Below, piece by piece: positions 32,053 through 42,193 of a stretch of DNA of 64,000 nt. The DNA comes from Opitutales bacterium (GTDB taxonomy: Bacteria; Verrucomicrobiota; Verrucomicrobiia; Opitutales; UBA2987). Below the pieces are notes generated by a model. That model ran no database searches and had not been told where the DNA came from. It saw only the letters and a program-made list of their open reading frames with translations. The DNA is taken from the NCBI GenBank assembly GCA_965226885.1, contig CBDDEL010000014.1:256001-320000 (forward strand). The letters are read 5' to 3'. Positions within the stretch are counted from its first letter, which is position 1; each line of letters begins with the position of its first letter. The translations under genes and the position numbers were made by a program.

Positions 32053-33012
32053 TAATACCCAGTCCGTCGGCCAATGAATGTTAGCCTCCAAACAGGTGCC
32101 GTCGATCAGGCAAATGGTGGTGTCAATCGGCTTGTCCAATCCCACCTGCCGGGCCAGAAGGGCATCGCCCACCACCTCAGTCAAGGTCCGGTGCAAGGCC
32201 CTCAACTGCTCTTCGCTGAAAAACTTCGAGGCCCGCTCCAGGGTGCTTTTGGAGATGCCCCTGATGCCATCGATCTGCCGGACACGGCAAAAGTCGGCCA
32301 ACAGATCGCTGCTGCCCAGAGCCCGCGACAAATGCCGAAACGAGATCCCTCCGAGCAGACGGCCCAGCGTATCCATGCGCAGTGCCTTGATGGCAAAACT
32401 GGCCCGCTGCCGCCGGGCCTTTAGACCCATTGGCGGCCACCCCTCCAAGGCCAGCTCAATGGCCTGCGATTCCACCTCCGAGTCGATCAGCAGCCGATCG
32501 ATTCGATCAATGGTGGCGCGGAAGTTATCGTCATCGAGGCACCGGTCGACCACAGTTAAAGCTGGACGCAGGAGGCATTGGATGGCTATATTTTTCATAG
32601 AAAGGGCTATATTGATTTTCGCTAACTCAATTATAGAACCCTTTTTTGGCCGGATCGAGCAAAAACTTGCTCTTTCCGGCTCTTTTTATCAACGTCATCC
32701 AGTTGACTATAAAATCTTTATATTTTTGGGACAGCCTCTAATTAGCACACGGTACAGCAATTTACGTGTCGATGGTTTTTTGGTCATCCCACAGCAATAT
32801 CTCCCCTTACAATTCAGATTGAAATTCCGCCCTCAATCTAAGTTTAAACAGCCAGCAATGGAAGTTATCGGAATTATGAACAGTATTTCAATAGAAAAAC
32901 ACAAAATATATCCAAACTTAACCCGAATCAATAACCGGACGCCCCAGTAACAATTGGTTGGATTGTAACACCTGCCTGGGCAGCCATCCCAAGCCAATAT
33001 TTGCCTATAAAA

Positions 33013-33759
33013 TTACTCCCATATCCGGCCCACTTCCTCAGCATTAATCCAGCCGGATTTGTCGTTATTGTTGTCGATAAATATATGCGACTGGTGTTCT
33101 TTCTCAATCGTTATAATTTCACCGGCCTGGAGGTAACCGTACTCATTGCTTTGCGCCGATGGGGCCACCCGCAGGGGAGTGTCCTCCTGCAAAATAACGC
33201 CGTATTTGCTGATTTTATGATAACCCGTCAGGGCAATCCCGGAGGTGATCGTAACGAGAATCGCGGGGCATAACAACAGCCCGGGCAAAGCCCGCGATCC
33301 ACTGTAAAGCCGGGGCAGCAGCAGAAGCGCCAGAGATACCCAAAATCCGAAGGCGCCCATCCAGCCCCAAAGATTGACGGGCAACTTTTTGCCCAATCGG
33401 GTGGCTAAACCGTAGGAAGGCGCGGGGAGCTCCGCGGCCTCACGCACAAAGCTCAGGTTGGCCGCCGTATCGGGGTTGGCGGGTTCGATGGCCAGCGCTT
33501 TTTCATAGTGCAGGACAGCCCGGCCGGTATCGCCCAATTCATAATAAGCATTGGCAAGATTGTAATGGAGGGCGGCGGATTCAGCTATAGGCAAGCATTG
33601 GCGGTAGAGTTCGATGGCTGCGGCAAAGTCCTCCCGGCTATAAGCTTCGTTAGCCTGATTGAAAAGGCGATCCGGCCTTGACCCCTCCTGCCCGAAAACG
33701 CCCGGCAGACAAAAAACATACAAGGTCGCGCCGACAATAATATTCCGCAGTAATCTCAT
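33013..33759 (-). CDS. batE: BatE-like TPR protein
   Basis: Signal peptide, TPR (LHYNLANAYY), two TM segments, SH3-like C-terminus (GWI); last gene of the bat operon. Confidence 0.75.
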   Translation of the reverse strand: MRLLRNIIVGATLYVFCLPGVFGQEGSRPDRLFNQANEAYSREDFAAAIELYRQCLPIAESAALHYNLANAYYELGDTGRAVLHYEKALAIEPANPDTAANLSFVREAAELPAPSYGLATRLGKKLPVNLWGWMGAFGFWVSLALLLLPRLYSGSRALPGLLLCPAILVTITSGIALTGYHKISKYGVILQEDTPLRVAPSAQSNEYGYLQAGEIITIEKEHQSHIFIDNNNDKSGWINAEEVGRIWE

Positions 33760-35579
33760 TTCATACCGGATAATTGGCCGACAAGTTTTGCCAACGTTTT
33801 TACCCTCTCTTTTAGGAAGGGCGAATCGGGCGCGGCGCCTGCAAATTTCAAGGCGTCGGCCGTTTGGAAAAATTGGCCGACCTCTCCCACCAATTCACTT
33901 TCCACCTCTTTCCATTCCAGAAATTCGAGGATTTCCGACTGGGTCAAGGTATCGGGGCTTTGGTTGAAATGGCGGCTGAGACTCTCCTGGATGGATCGCT
34001 GGGCAGCCGCGAAGAAGGCCTCTGCATCGTTGGTGGAAGCGGCCTTTTTGGACTTCCCAAGCCACTTGCGCATGGATTTCCCGGCCCTTAAATTACGCGC
34101 GTAATGAAAGTCTTCCCGCAGCCGAAGCTGCCTTTTGCGAATGTAGATGAGGCCCGAAAGAAAAATTAACGGGGCCACCTGCCAGCCTAAAAACCGTGGC
34201 GACAGAAATGCCGGGCGCAGGGTGGGCACCCAGGTTCCCGGAAACAATTCAATGGGCAGCAAGGTTTTTTCCCGGAGCCTCACATTCGCGCCGTTCGAGT
34301 CGGCCGTGATGGCCGTAAAGGTGGCCGTTCCCACCGGGGCCGGGTTCACCGTAATGGTCGCAGCGGGAAGGACCATTTCGGTGTAACTTTCAAGTTCGGG
34401 ATCAAAATAACTGAAATGGATTTCCGGGGTGTGTTCGATATCTTCATGCTGGGGGATCAATACGTATTCGAAGGTTTTCGATCCGCGGAAGTTCAAGGAA
34501 TCGCGGGGGGAGAACTCGGCTTTGGGGGTGTAGGTTTTCCAACTTTGCCCCACGTCGATCTGAGGGGCCTGGATGCGCTCGAAATTGCCCTGCCCGGATA
34601 TTTTCAAGGTCAGTGAGAGCGGATCGCCGGCATTCATCTCCTCGGCCGAAAGGCTCTGGGTGGCGCTGAACTTGCCGATGGCCCCGGAAAAACTCTCCGG
34701 CTGGTCCTCCTCCGGCAAGGGAAGGATAGCGAGCGTAATTTCTCGCGTAGTCAGGTTCAGCTGCTGCCTCTGGCTGCGTGAGCCGAAAAAATCGTCATTA
34801 AAAAAACGTTCGAAAATATCGTTGCGGGAAGAGCGCGACGGGCGGGCGGTCCTGGGCACCGTGATTTCGACAACCATTTGATATTCGATGGTCTGAGGCC
34901 CCGATTTGAGCGGAATAAAGGTAACCGGCCAGGAGATCTTGTTGTAATTGAGATCATTGATCCTTTCCGCGCTCTGGACTCCTTGTGCATCCATGCCGCC
35001 CTGGGAAAAGGCATCGCCCAACTGTGTCGGCTGATTGTAGCGCGAGTCGGGAAAAGCCGTCAGCACATATAAATTGAGGACGCATCGGGCCACCTGCCCG
35101 ACATAGATGGGGGATTCCGGGCAAACCAGTTTTAGAAAGGATGCTTCCTCCAAAGTAACTTGCGTTTTGCCATCTGGAGGAAGGACGGTGAGGGTGGCCG
35201 CGGGCACTCGAAATGTTTCCCCCTCCATCTTGAGCGAATAAGCCGGCACTTTGTAAGTTCCCGTCGCCTTAACCCTGGCCTGAAAGATAAATGAGGTTTG
35301 CACCTGGGTTTCAAATTTTCCGTTGGTGTAAGTGCTCTGCATGCTTTGGGAGGGACCCAGGAAAGTTAATTCCAGCCCGTCCGGAGTCGGCGGTTTGAAC
35401 TTGGCGCTGGATTTCACCGCCAGGGTGACCCTGTATTGGGCGTCTTGCCCCAAGGTGATGCTGGCGGGATTGAACTGGCTAACCGGCCTGGAATTCTGAG
35501 CCGCAGCGACCGGACAAAATGCCATAAAACTTGCCGCCCATATCAGGTGAAGAATGGAATTTGTTTTGAAAAACTTCAT
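33756..35579 (-). CDS. batD: BatD family protein
   Basis: Signal peptide, beta-sandwich repeats, PLPEEDQPESFSGAIGKF, ISGQGN, C-terminal TM. Confidence 0.82.
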   Translation of the reverse strand: MKFFKTNSILHLIWAASFMAFCPVAAAQNSRPVSQFNPASITLGQDAQYRVTLAVKSSAKFKPPTPDGLELTFLGPSQSMQSTYTNGKFETQVQTSFIFQARVKATGTYKVPAYSLKMEGETFRVPAATLTVLPPDGKTQVTLEEASFLKLVCPESPIYVGQVARCVLNLYVLTAFPDSRYNQPTQLGDAFSQGGMDAQGVQSAERINDLNYNKISWPVTFIPLKSGPQTIEYQMVVEITVPRTARPSRSSRNDIFERFFNDDFFGSRSQRQQLNLTTREITLAILPLPEEDQPESFSGAIGKFSATQSLSAEEMNAGDPLSLTLKISGQGNFERIQAPQIDVGQSWKTYTPKAEFSPRDSLNFRGSKTFEYVLIPQHEDIEHTPEIHFSYFDPELESYTEMVLPAATITVNPAPVGTATFTAITADSNGANVRLREKTLLPIELFPGTWVPTLRPAFLSPRFLGWQVAPLIFLSGLIYIRKRQLRLREDFHYARNLRAGKSMRKWLGKSKKAASTNDAEAFFAAAQRSIQESLSRHFNQSPDTLTQSEILEFLEWKEVESELVGEVGQFFQTADALKFAGAAPDSPFLKERVKTLAKLVGQLSGMK

Positions 35580-37474
35580 CACCAATCGCGGATGGGGGCT
35601 TCCCGCTCCTTCCCATCTGCCTTTTCAAATTGAATGACGGGGAGCTTCTTTTCATCATTTCTCATGGCTTCGAGCAATTGCCTGGCTTCTTCGCGGCTCA
35701 TTCGACCGGGAACGGCCTGGGCCTGCTCCTCGGCGGCCTCTTTTTTATCATCGCCTTCACCTTCAGAAGGTTGCTGCTGCCCCTGCTCTTCTTTTTGCTC
35801 ATCCTCGCCCTCGCCATCCTGCTGATTTTCCTGCTCGTCCTTCTGCCCTTGCTTCGACTGCTCCTGCTGGCCCTGCTGATCCTGGTTATCCCCTTCCTGC
35901 TCCTGTGAGTTTTGTTCCTTCTGGTCCTGGTCCTGATTTTCCTCCTGCTCCTGGTCCTGGTTTTCCTGTTCCTGCTGCTGTTCTTGCTGTTGCTGTTTCA
36001 ATTCCTTGATCCTCTTTTTCAACAGCTCGTAATTAAACTGGGCGTCCTCGTCCTGCGGATCGATATTGAGGCTGTTTTCGTATTCGGTTAACCCTTCCTC
36101 CCATATTTCGATGGTTTGGGCCGGATCGATGGGCAATGTCGATTCGCCCAACCGGTAAAGGGTGTTGCCCAGGTTGTAATAGGTGTCCTTTTGCAAAATC
36201 GGGTCATCCGTTTGCAGGGCATTGCGTAAGGTGTCCTCGGCATCTTCAAAATGTCCCAATCGGTATAGGGCGGCGCCAAGGTTGTATTGGATTCGCGGAT
36301 CGTCGGGGGAATCCTCGGCGGCTTTGGCATATTCTTGGCCGGCTTTGTCGAATTCTCCCTCCTCATAAAACTTTTCCCCTTTGCCGGTCGAAGCCCTCAA
36401 GTCGATCTCCACAATCGTCAAAGCGGCCAGAACCAACCCCGCCGTCCAGCGCAATGGCAGGGGCGAATAAGCGACTTTTCGCTTCCTTGTGCCCAGAAAA
36501 GTTTCCGCCATGAGGAAGAGCACGGCCAGGCCCAGTGGCCATTGAAACCGCTCATGGGGAATTTGCTGCAACCGCGCTTCCCTTTCCTCTTTGGGTATCG
36601 ATTGCAGGCCCTCGGTATAAACCTGCTCCAACCCCCGACCGGTGCTGCCGAGCCGCGTGTAAAACGCCCCCGTGGCCTCGGCCATGGCCATCAGGGTTCT
36701 CTCGTCCAGGCGGGTTTTAACGATATTGCCCTCTTCATCGCGCAAAAAATCGACGCTTCCATTTTCACCGCGAACGGGAATCAGTTCGCCGGCCAAACTG
36801 CCCACCCCGACGGTGTAGATTTTAACGCCCTCTTCGGCCGCCTGGCGGGCTTGTTCGAGGCCCGCTTCCTGCAAGTCCTCCCCATCCGTAATGAGGACCA
36901 GAATCTTGAAGTTGTCTTTATCAGCAAAGGAAACCTGGGATTCGGCAATGGCTGCCGCGATGTTGGTCCCCCCACGGGAAATGATGCTGGTGTCCACCGT
37001 TTCCAAGGTTTGACGGAAGGCGTCGTAATCCAGCGTCAGGGGGCATTGCAAAAAGGCGTTGCCGGAAAAAGCGATAAGGCCGAGCCGGTCTCCTTCCGCC
37101 CGTTCTGCCAGGTCGAGGATGGCCAGCTTGGCTCGCTCCAGACGGTTGGGCCGGATATCCTCGGCTAACATGCTTTTGGATGTGTCCAGGGCGATGAGGA
37201 TATCGATCCCCTTGCCCTTGGTCTCCTGCCAGACATAGCCCCACTGGGGCCGGGCCAAGGCAGCCAGGATGAGGAAAATTCCCGCAACGCTCAATGTGGC
37301 CTTGATATTGCGTTTCACCGGGCTGAAGGAAGAAGCCAGATCCAACAACAGCTTGGCGGCGGCGAAATGGGCCAATTTCCTCGTTTTATTCTTTTCCGAC
37401 CGGTAATAAAGAAAAGCCAGAGCGGGCAGGGCCAGCAATCCGAGGATCATCCAGAAATGGGAGGCAAAGGTCAT
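35579..37474 (-). CDS. BatB-BatC fusion (VWA domain, TPR, Q/E-rich linker)
   Basis: DTSKSM MIDAS, PNRLERAK, LITDGED; TPR (YYNLGN); MSREEARQLL...DW terminus. Confidence 0.85.
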   Translation of the reverse strand: MTFASHFWMILGLLALPALAFLYYRSEKNKTRKLAHFAAAKLLLDLASSFSPVKRNIKATLSVAGIFLILAALARPQWGYVWQETKGKGIDILIALDTSKSMLAEDIRPNRLERAKLAILDLAERAEGDRLGLIAFSGNAFLQCPLTLDYDAFRQTLETVDTSIISRGGTNIAAAIAESQVSFADKDNFKILVLITDGEDLQEAGLEQARQAAEEGVKIYTVGVGSLAGELIPVRGENGSVDFLRDEEGNIVKTRLDERTLMAMAEATGAFYTRLGSTGRGLEQVYTEGLQSIPKEEREARLQQIPHERFQWPLGLAVLFLMAETFLGTRKRKVAYSPLPLRWTAGLVLAALTIVEIDLRASTGKGEKFYEEGEFDKAGQEYAKAAEDSPDDPRIQYNLGAALYRLGHFEDAEDTLRNALQTDDPILQKDTYYNLGNTLYRLGESTLPIDPAQTIEIWEEGLTEYENSLNIDPQDEDAQFNYELLKKRIKELKQQQQEQQQEQENQDQEQEENQDQDQKEQNSQEQEGDNQDQQGQQEQSKQGQKDEQENQQDGEGEDEQKEEQGQQQPSEGEGDDKKEAAEEQAQAVPGRMSREEARQLLEAMRNDEKKLPVIQFEKADGKEREAPIRDW

Positions 37475-37475
37475 C

Positions 37476-38504
37476 TTAGGGCAGTCTTCGATAGCGGGTT
37501 TGGCCAAGCAGCAGCTCGACCAGGAGGATGCCCAGCCCGGCCAGGGCCGGCCATTTGAACATATCCGTGAACGAAGCCAGGTATTTGATTTTTATTTCCG
37601 ATTTTTCCAGCCGGTCGATTTCGTCGTAAATATCTTCCAGAGTTTCCAAATCCGTGGCCCGGAAATAATGCGCCCCGGTCGTTTCGGCGATATTTTGCAG
37701 CGACTCGGCATCGATATCGGATAGGCCGGGCCGCAGAACAATCCTTCCCCGGCGGTCGCGCATCGGGTTGCCCTGGTTGTCGAGACGGACAGGGAAGGGA
37801 ACCTCGCCTTCTTTGCCCACCCCGATGGTATAGGCTTTGATGCCGTAGGCTGCGGCCGCTTCGGCAGCGGCCGCGGGGCTTATTTTCCCGCGGTTGTTGG
37901 CTCCGTCCGTTAGCAGGATGAGGATGCGGCTTTTCGCTTTTTGAGCGCGTAAACGGTTTACACTGATGCCGATGGCCGAGCCGATGGCCGTTCCATCCTC
38001 GATCATCCCTATCTTGAGCCGCTCCAGATTTTGCAGAAGCCATTCATGGTTCAAGGTTAGCGGACTGACCAGGTAAGGAGACCCTGCGAATGCGACGATG
38101 CCGATCCGGTCATGGGGCCTTTTTTCGATAAAATCCTCCATCACATCTTTAACCACAGTCAACCGATCGACCGGTTTACCTTTAATTTTGAAGTCGTGAG
38201 CCCACATCGAGGTGGAGAGGTCCACGGCCAGAACGATGTCGATGCCGCTTTCCTCGATTTCGTTGGTGGAGCTGCCCATCTGCGGCCGGGCCAAGGCCAG
38301 TATCAAAAGGCTGAGAGCGACCAACCGCATATTTACGAGAAACTTCCCCGGGCGGCTGCGCACGAAAGCGGAAATTTGCCGGGCCAGGGCGGTGGCGGGG
38401 AAACGTATGGACGCGGCACTGCCCCGGCGGCCCTTGAGCAAAGCCAGCAGTGGAACCAAAATCAGGAGCCATAGAAATTCGGGAGATTCAAATCGGTAAA
38501 TCAT
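37476..38504 (-). CDS. batA: BatA VWA-domain protein
   Basis: LARPQ, DLSTSM, DGTAIGSAIG, LLTDGANN, YFRAT. Confidence 0.85.
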   Translation of the reverse strand: MIYRFESPEFLWLLILVPLLALLKGRRGSAASIRFPATALARQISAFVRSRPGKFLVNMRLVALSLLILALARPQMGSSTNEIEESGIDIVLAVDLSTSMWAHDFKIKGKPVDRLTVVKDVMEDFIEKRPHDRIGIVAFAGSPYLVSPLTLNHEWLLQNLERLKIGMIEDGTAIGSAIGISVNRLRAQKAKSRILILLTDGANNRGKISPAAAAEAAAAYGIKAYTIGVGKEGEVPFPVRLDNQGNPMRDRRGRIVLRPGLSDIDAESLQNIAETTGAHYFRATDLETLEDIYDEIDRLEKSEIKIKYLASFTDMFKWPALAGLGILLVELLLGQTRYRRLP

Positions 38505-38505
38505 A

Positions 38506-39291
38506 TTATGACTCGGCCAGAACGGCTTCCTTTTCGGCCTCAACGGGCTTTGGCTCTCCCTCGGAGGCGCCTCTTTTTTCAGCTTCAGCCAGGAGCCGCA
38601 GGCGCATTTTATGTTTCACGTAGGTTTCCTCAACCAGCTTGCGGCCTGTTCCCAAAAGGTCCTCCATTCCGTCCAGACCGAGTGGGTAACGGGCAAATTT
38701 GGCCAGATCGCACATTTGCAAAAAACGGGAAAAACTATCCGCCAGGGGGCCTTTGATCAGTGGATGGTCATGAATGTCGTAGAGAAACTCCTCAGTCGTG
38801 CTCTCCGGCGCAGGCATATCGAATTGACGTTCCAGAAAATAGCGGACGGCATCGGAAACCGCGATGGAAAACGCTTTGTCCTGCCCCGATTTCATCAAGC
38901 TTCGGGTGGCGTCGAGCTCCTGCAAAGCCTGATCATAGGGATCGATCGGGATCGGGTCCGATTTTTGACACAGCTTGCGCATAATCAGGCGAACGAGGAA
39001 AGCCAACAGGCCCAAACCCGCCAAAACCCCAGCCGCGATGAGGAAAGGCATCCAGGGGTTGGGAATGGAAACCGGGCCGTGAATATCGCGGATGTCCTCA
39101 ATCGCTTCCCCTCCCCCCGGTCCCGGTGAGGCCGGCGGCACAGAAGAGGACTGGGCGGGATCGACGTCCAAAGGAGACGGCAGCATATCCAGGGGCAGAT
39201 TGGTTTGCCCGCACAGGCCCGTTGCCGAAATCAGGAGGAGCAACAGAACAGCCGGCAAATTTCTTGGATAGTTAAAAGATGGGGTCATCAT
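38506..39291 (-). CDS. DUF4381-like membrane protein of the moxR/bat operon
   Basis: IRDIHGP motif, TM, TTEEFL, DLAKFA; operon position. Confidence 0.65.
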   Translation of the reverse strand: MMTPSFNYPRNLPAVLLLLLISATGLCGQTNLPLDMLPSPLDVDPAQSSSVPPASPGPGGGEAIEDIRDIHGPVSIPNPWMPFLIAAGVLAGLGLLAFLVRLIMRKLCQKSDPIPIDPYDQALQELDATRSLMKSGQDKAFSIAVSDAVRYFLERQFDMPAPESTTEEFLYDIHDHPLIKGPLADSFSRFLQMCDLAKFARYPLGLDGMEDLLGTGRKLVEETYVKHKMRLRLLAEAEKRGASEGEPKPVEAEKEAVLAES

Positions 39292-40220
39292 CGGCGTCTT
39301 TCCCGCTTGGTGAAGAATTCCCGCAAGGCTGTAATATAAGGCTCCGAGGTGGAAACGGAAAGGTGGTCCACCCCGCTCGAACGCAACCCCCGCCGCAGCG
39401 ATTCATGCCGCTTGGCGTTCTGGTGGCGGTAAAGATGGCGCAATTGGCGGTTGGCCGTGTCAATTTCCACCATCTCCCCGGTTTCGGCGTCTTCGAGAGT
39501 GACGATGCCCACATTGGGAAGCTCGAATTCGCGCGGATCGGAAAGATCGATGCAAATGAGGTCGTGCCGTTTATTGGTCAGTTGGATGGTTTTGTAGAGC
39601 TCGTCTTTTTTCCCCGTAGTGGGCCGGATCCAGGCCAGGGATTCCTCCGTAATGAAGTCGGAAAGCAAAAAAGTGACGGCTCTACGGCGAAGGATTTTGT
39701 TGAGGTATCTCAAGGCAAGGGGAATATCCGTGCCCCGGTTTTGCGGCTCATAAAAAAGAATATCGCGAATCACCCGCAGGACGTGCTGGCGGCCTTTTTT
39801 GGGGAAAATTACTTTTTCAACTTTATCGGTGAAAAGGAGGAGGCCCACTTTGTCGCTGTTTCGGGTGGCAGAAAAAGCGAGCACACTGGCCAGTTCGGCC
39901 GCCAGCTCGCGCTTGCTCTGATCGACCGAGCCGAAATCCCCAGAGGCGCTCAAATCGACGCACAACATGATGGTCAGCTCGCGCTCCTCCCGGTATTTTT
40001 TAACAAAAGGCCGGTCCATCTTGGCCGTAACGTTCCAGTCGATATTGCGCACATCGTCCCCCGGCGCGTATTCGCGCACCTCCTCGAAATCCATTCCCTG
40101 GCCCTTGAATACGCTGTGGTAGGCGCCCACCATGGTGTCGGTGACGAAGTGGCGGTTGCGGATTTCCACCTGGCGCACCTTTTTCAGGATTTGTTTGGTG
40201 ATTTCGGCAGTTTCTGACAT
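39288..40220 (-). CDS. DUF58 domain protein
   Basis: GQGMDFEEVREY.PGDDVRNIDWNVTA, DLSAS, LSDF. Confidence 0.92.
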   Translation of the reverse strand: MSETAEITKQILKKVRQVEIRNRHFVTDTMVGAYHSVFKGQGMDFEEVREYAPGDDVRNIDWNVTAKMDRPFVKKYREERELTIMLCVDLSASGDFGSVDQSKRELAAELASVLAFSATRNSDKVGLLLFTDKVEKVIFPKKGRQHVLRVIRDILFYEPQNRGTDIPLALRYLNKILRRRAVTFLLSDFITEESLAWIRPTTGKKDELYKTIQLTNKRHDLICIDLSDPREFELPNVGIVTLEDAETGEMVEIDTANRQLRHLYRHQNAKRHESLRRGLRSSGVDHLSVSTSEPYITALREFFTKRERRR

Positions 40221-40289
40221 GAAAATAGTTACCCTCGAGGCGTAAGGTTGAAACGGAAACAATTTGTAAATGTAAAACCGCGGCCCGGA

Positions 40290-41282
40290 TCAAGGCACCG
40301 GAATTGTTTCAAAAATTTTGGTGACGATATCTTCACTAGTCATGTCTTCGGCCTCGGCCTCATAACTGATTATAACGCGGTGCCGCAGCACATCCATACC
40401 AATGGTTTTGACATCGTTGGGCGTCACATACCCGCGCCCTTCCAGAAAAGCCCAGGCCTTGGCCGCCAAGGTAAGGTTGATGGTCGCCCGGGGAGACGCC
40501 CCATACTGTATGAAATCGCGCAAATCGGCCAGGTTGTGCTCCCCCGGATAACGTGATGCGAACACGATTTCGACAATATAATCGCGCACTTTTTCATCGA
40601 TGTAAATATCGTTGAGGACCTTGCGCGATTGCAGGATTTTGTCCGTCGTAACGACCGTGTTGACCGATAGATCGGGCGAAGTGGAGGCCATCGCGTCGAG
40701 GATTTGGCGTTCCTCCTGGCGATTGGGGTAGCCGATCTTGAGCTTCAGCATGAAGCGATCGACCTGGGCTTCCGGCAAGGGGTAGGTGCCCTCCTGGTCG
40801 ATGGGGTTCTCCGTCGCCATGACCAGGAACGGATCGGGCAGCGGGTAAGTCGTTTCGCTGATCGTCACCTGACGCTCCTGCATACTTTCGAGCAGGGCGC
40901 TTTGCACTTTGGCCGGAGCCCGGTTGATTTCGTCGGCCAGGATTAGGTTGGCGAAAATGGGACCCTTCCTGGTCGAAAAATCGCCTTCCCGGGGATTGTA
41001 AATGAGGGTCCCGATGATGTCGGCGGGGAGCAGGTCTGGGGTGAACTGGATGCGTTGAAAATGCGCGTCTAAAGCCGACGCCAGGGTGCGGATGGACAAC
41101 GTCTTGGCCAACCCCGGCACACCTTCGAGGAGCACATGGCCATTGGCCACCAGGCCGATGATGAGGCGGTCCACCAAATATTTCTGGCCCACGATGACGC
41201 GGCCGATTTCCTGCTGCAACAAAGGGACCCACTGGGAGGCCTCCTTCACACGGTCGTTGATTTCGGAGATATTAGCTTGCAT
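40290..41282 (-). CDS. moxR: MoxR-family AAA+ ATPase
   Basis: EGVPGLAKT, RIQFTPDLLPAD, LADEINRAPAK, GASPRA. Confidence 0.95.
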   Translation of the reverse strand: MQANISEINDRVKEASQWVPLLQQEIGRVIVGQKYLVDRLIIGLVANGHVLLEGVPGLAKTLSIRTLASALDAHFQRIQFTPDLLPADIIGTLIYNPREGDFSTRKGPIFANLILADEINRAPAKVQSALLESMQERQVTISETTYPLPDPFLVMATENPIDQEGTYPLPEAQVDRFMLKLKIGYPNRQEERQILDAMASTSPDLSVNTVVTTDKILQSRKVLNDIYIDEKVRDYIVEIVFASRYPGEHNLADLRDFIQYGASPRATINLTLAAKAWAFLEGRGYVTPNDVKTIGMDVLRHRVIISYEAEAEDMTSEDIVTKIFETIPVP

Positions 41283-41413
41283 GTAAGTAAACGAATTTTT
41301 TCAGGTTCAATTAAAAGGCACGCTCTTTAAAGGTGACAAATCAAATTTGGCAAGGTTTCATTTTCAATGGCCGCCCCCTTCGCCTCCACAGTCCAGCCCC
41401 AAACTTGACGCCG

Positions 41414-42187
41414 CTAACTGAATATTTCCCGGAAGCGCTCCAGAGCCTCATCGCTGTCGCCGGAGGGAAAGGCTTCCAGGCCGACATCTCCGGCATAGCC
41501 CACTTCGCGCAAGACTTCGGCTATGCGGGTATAGTTCATCTCGCCCGTTCCCGGTTCATGGCGGCCGGGAACGTCGGCCACATGAATGTGCCCGATGATT
41601 GCATGATAGTCCTTCAATAACTGGATCACATTGCCCTCCTCGACCTGGGCGTGATAGAGGTCCAGCAGTATTTTGAGGTTGGGGCTGTTTACTTCCCGAA
41701 CCAGGCGGGCGGCATCTTCCACCCGGTTGATGCAGTAACCGGGATGGTCCACCTTGGTGTTGAGGTGTTCCAGGCAAAAGATAACGTCATGCTCTTCCGC
41801 CAGGGCGGCGATTTTCGTTAAAGTTTTGTAAGCGGTAATCCATCGGGTAACGGGATTAGGTTCCGTTCGATGAATGACTTCGCCTTGGGGCCCAAGTTCA
41901 CCCGCCAGAAGAATCATGCTGCGGCAACCGATTTGCCTGGCCACCGGCAGGGACTTCTTCGTCTCCGCAATAAATTCCTCGCTTGTGCTGGGATCTACCA
42001 TGCTGCCCGCGCCGGAGCCGACGAAGCTGCTGACGTGAACTTTCTCATCATTAAAAATATCCAGGTTGCGTCCTCTCCAGAGCCAGAATTCCACCCGGAA
42101 ACCGGCTTCGGCAATTTTCATGACCCTCTCTGCAAAGGGTAATTTCGGATAAACCGTCTCAGCGCATATCGACAGTTGATAACCCAT
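41414..42187 (-). CDS. Hydroxypyruvate isomerase-like (xylose isomerase-like TIM barrel) protein
   Basis: LEHLNTKVDHPGY, DLYHAQVEEGN, HVADVPGRHEPGTGE. Confidence 0.85.
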   Translation of the reverse strand: MGYQLSICAETVYPKLPFAERVMKIAEAGFRVEFWLWRGRNLDIFNDEKVHVSSFVGSGAGSMVDPSTSEEFIAETKKSLPVARQIGCRSMILLAGELGPQGEVIHRTEPNPVTRWITAYKTLTKIAALAEEHDVIFCLEHLNTKVDHPGYCINRVEDAARLVREVNSPNLKILLDLYHAQVEEGNVIQLLKDYHAIIGHIHVADVPGRHEPGTGEMNYTRIAEVLREVGYAGDVGLEAFPSGDSDEALERFREIFS

Positions 42188-42193
42188 CAATTT

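Larger units (their letters stand above)
28206..32738 (-). mobile_element. IS5-like/ISNCY-type element, copy 2, carrying nested IS1380 and IS630
   Basis: IRs; TAATTA on both flanks; transposase 29983-32598 split by IS630. Confidence 0.92.

Noticed and set aside
32078..32950. 290-aa plus-strand ORF leaving the IS5-like element
   Set aside because: Antisense to the transposase and runs through the IR into flanking DNA; a chimeric reading frame
35760..36000. CTG/TCC-rich low-complexity repeats
   Set aside because: Simply the Q/E-rich linker typical of BatC-like proteins
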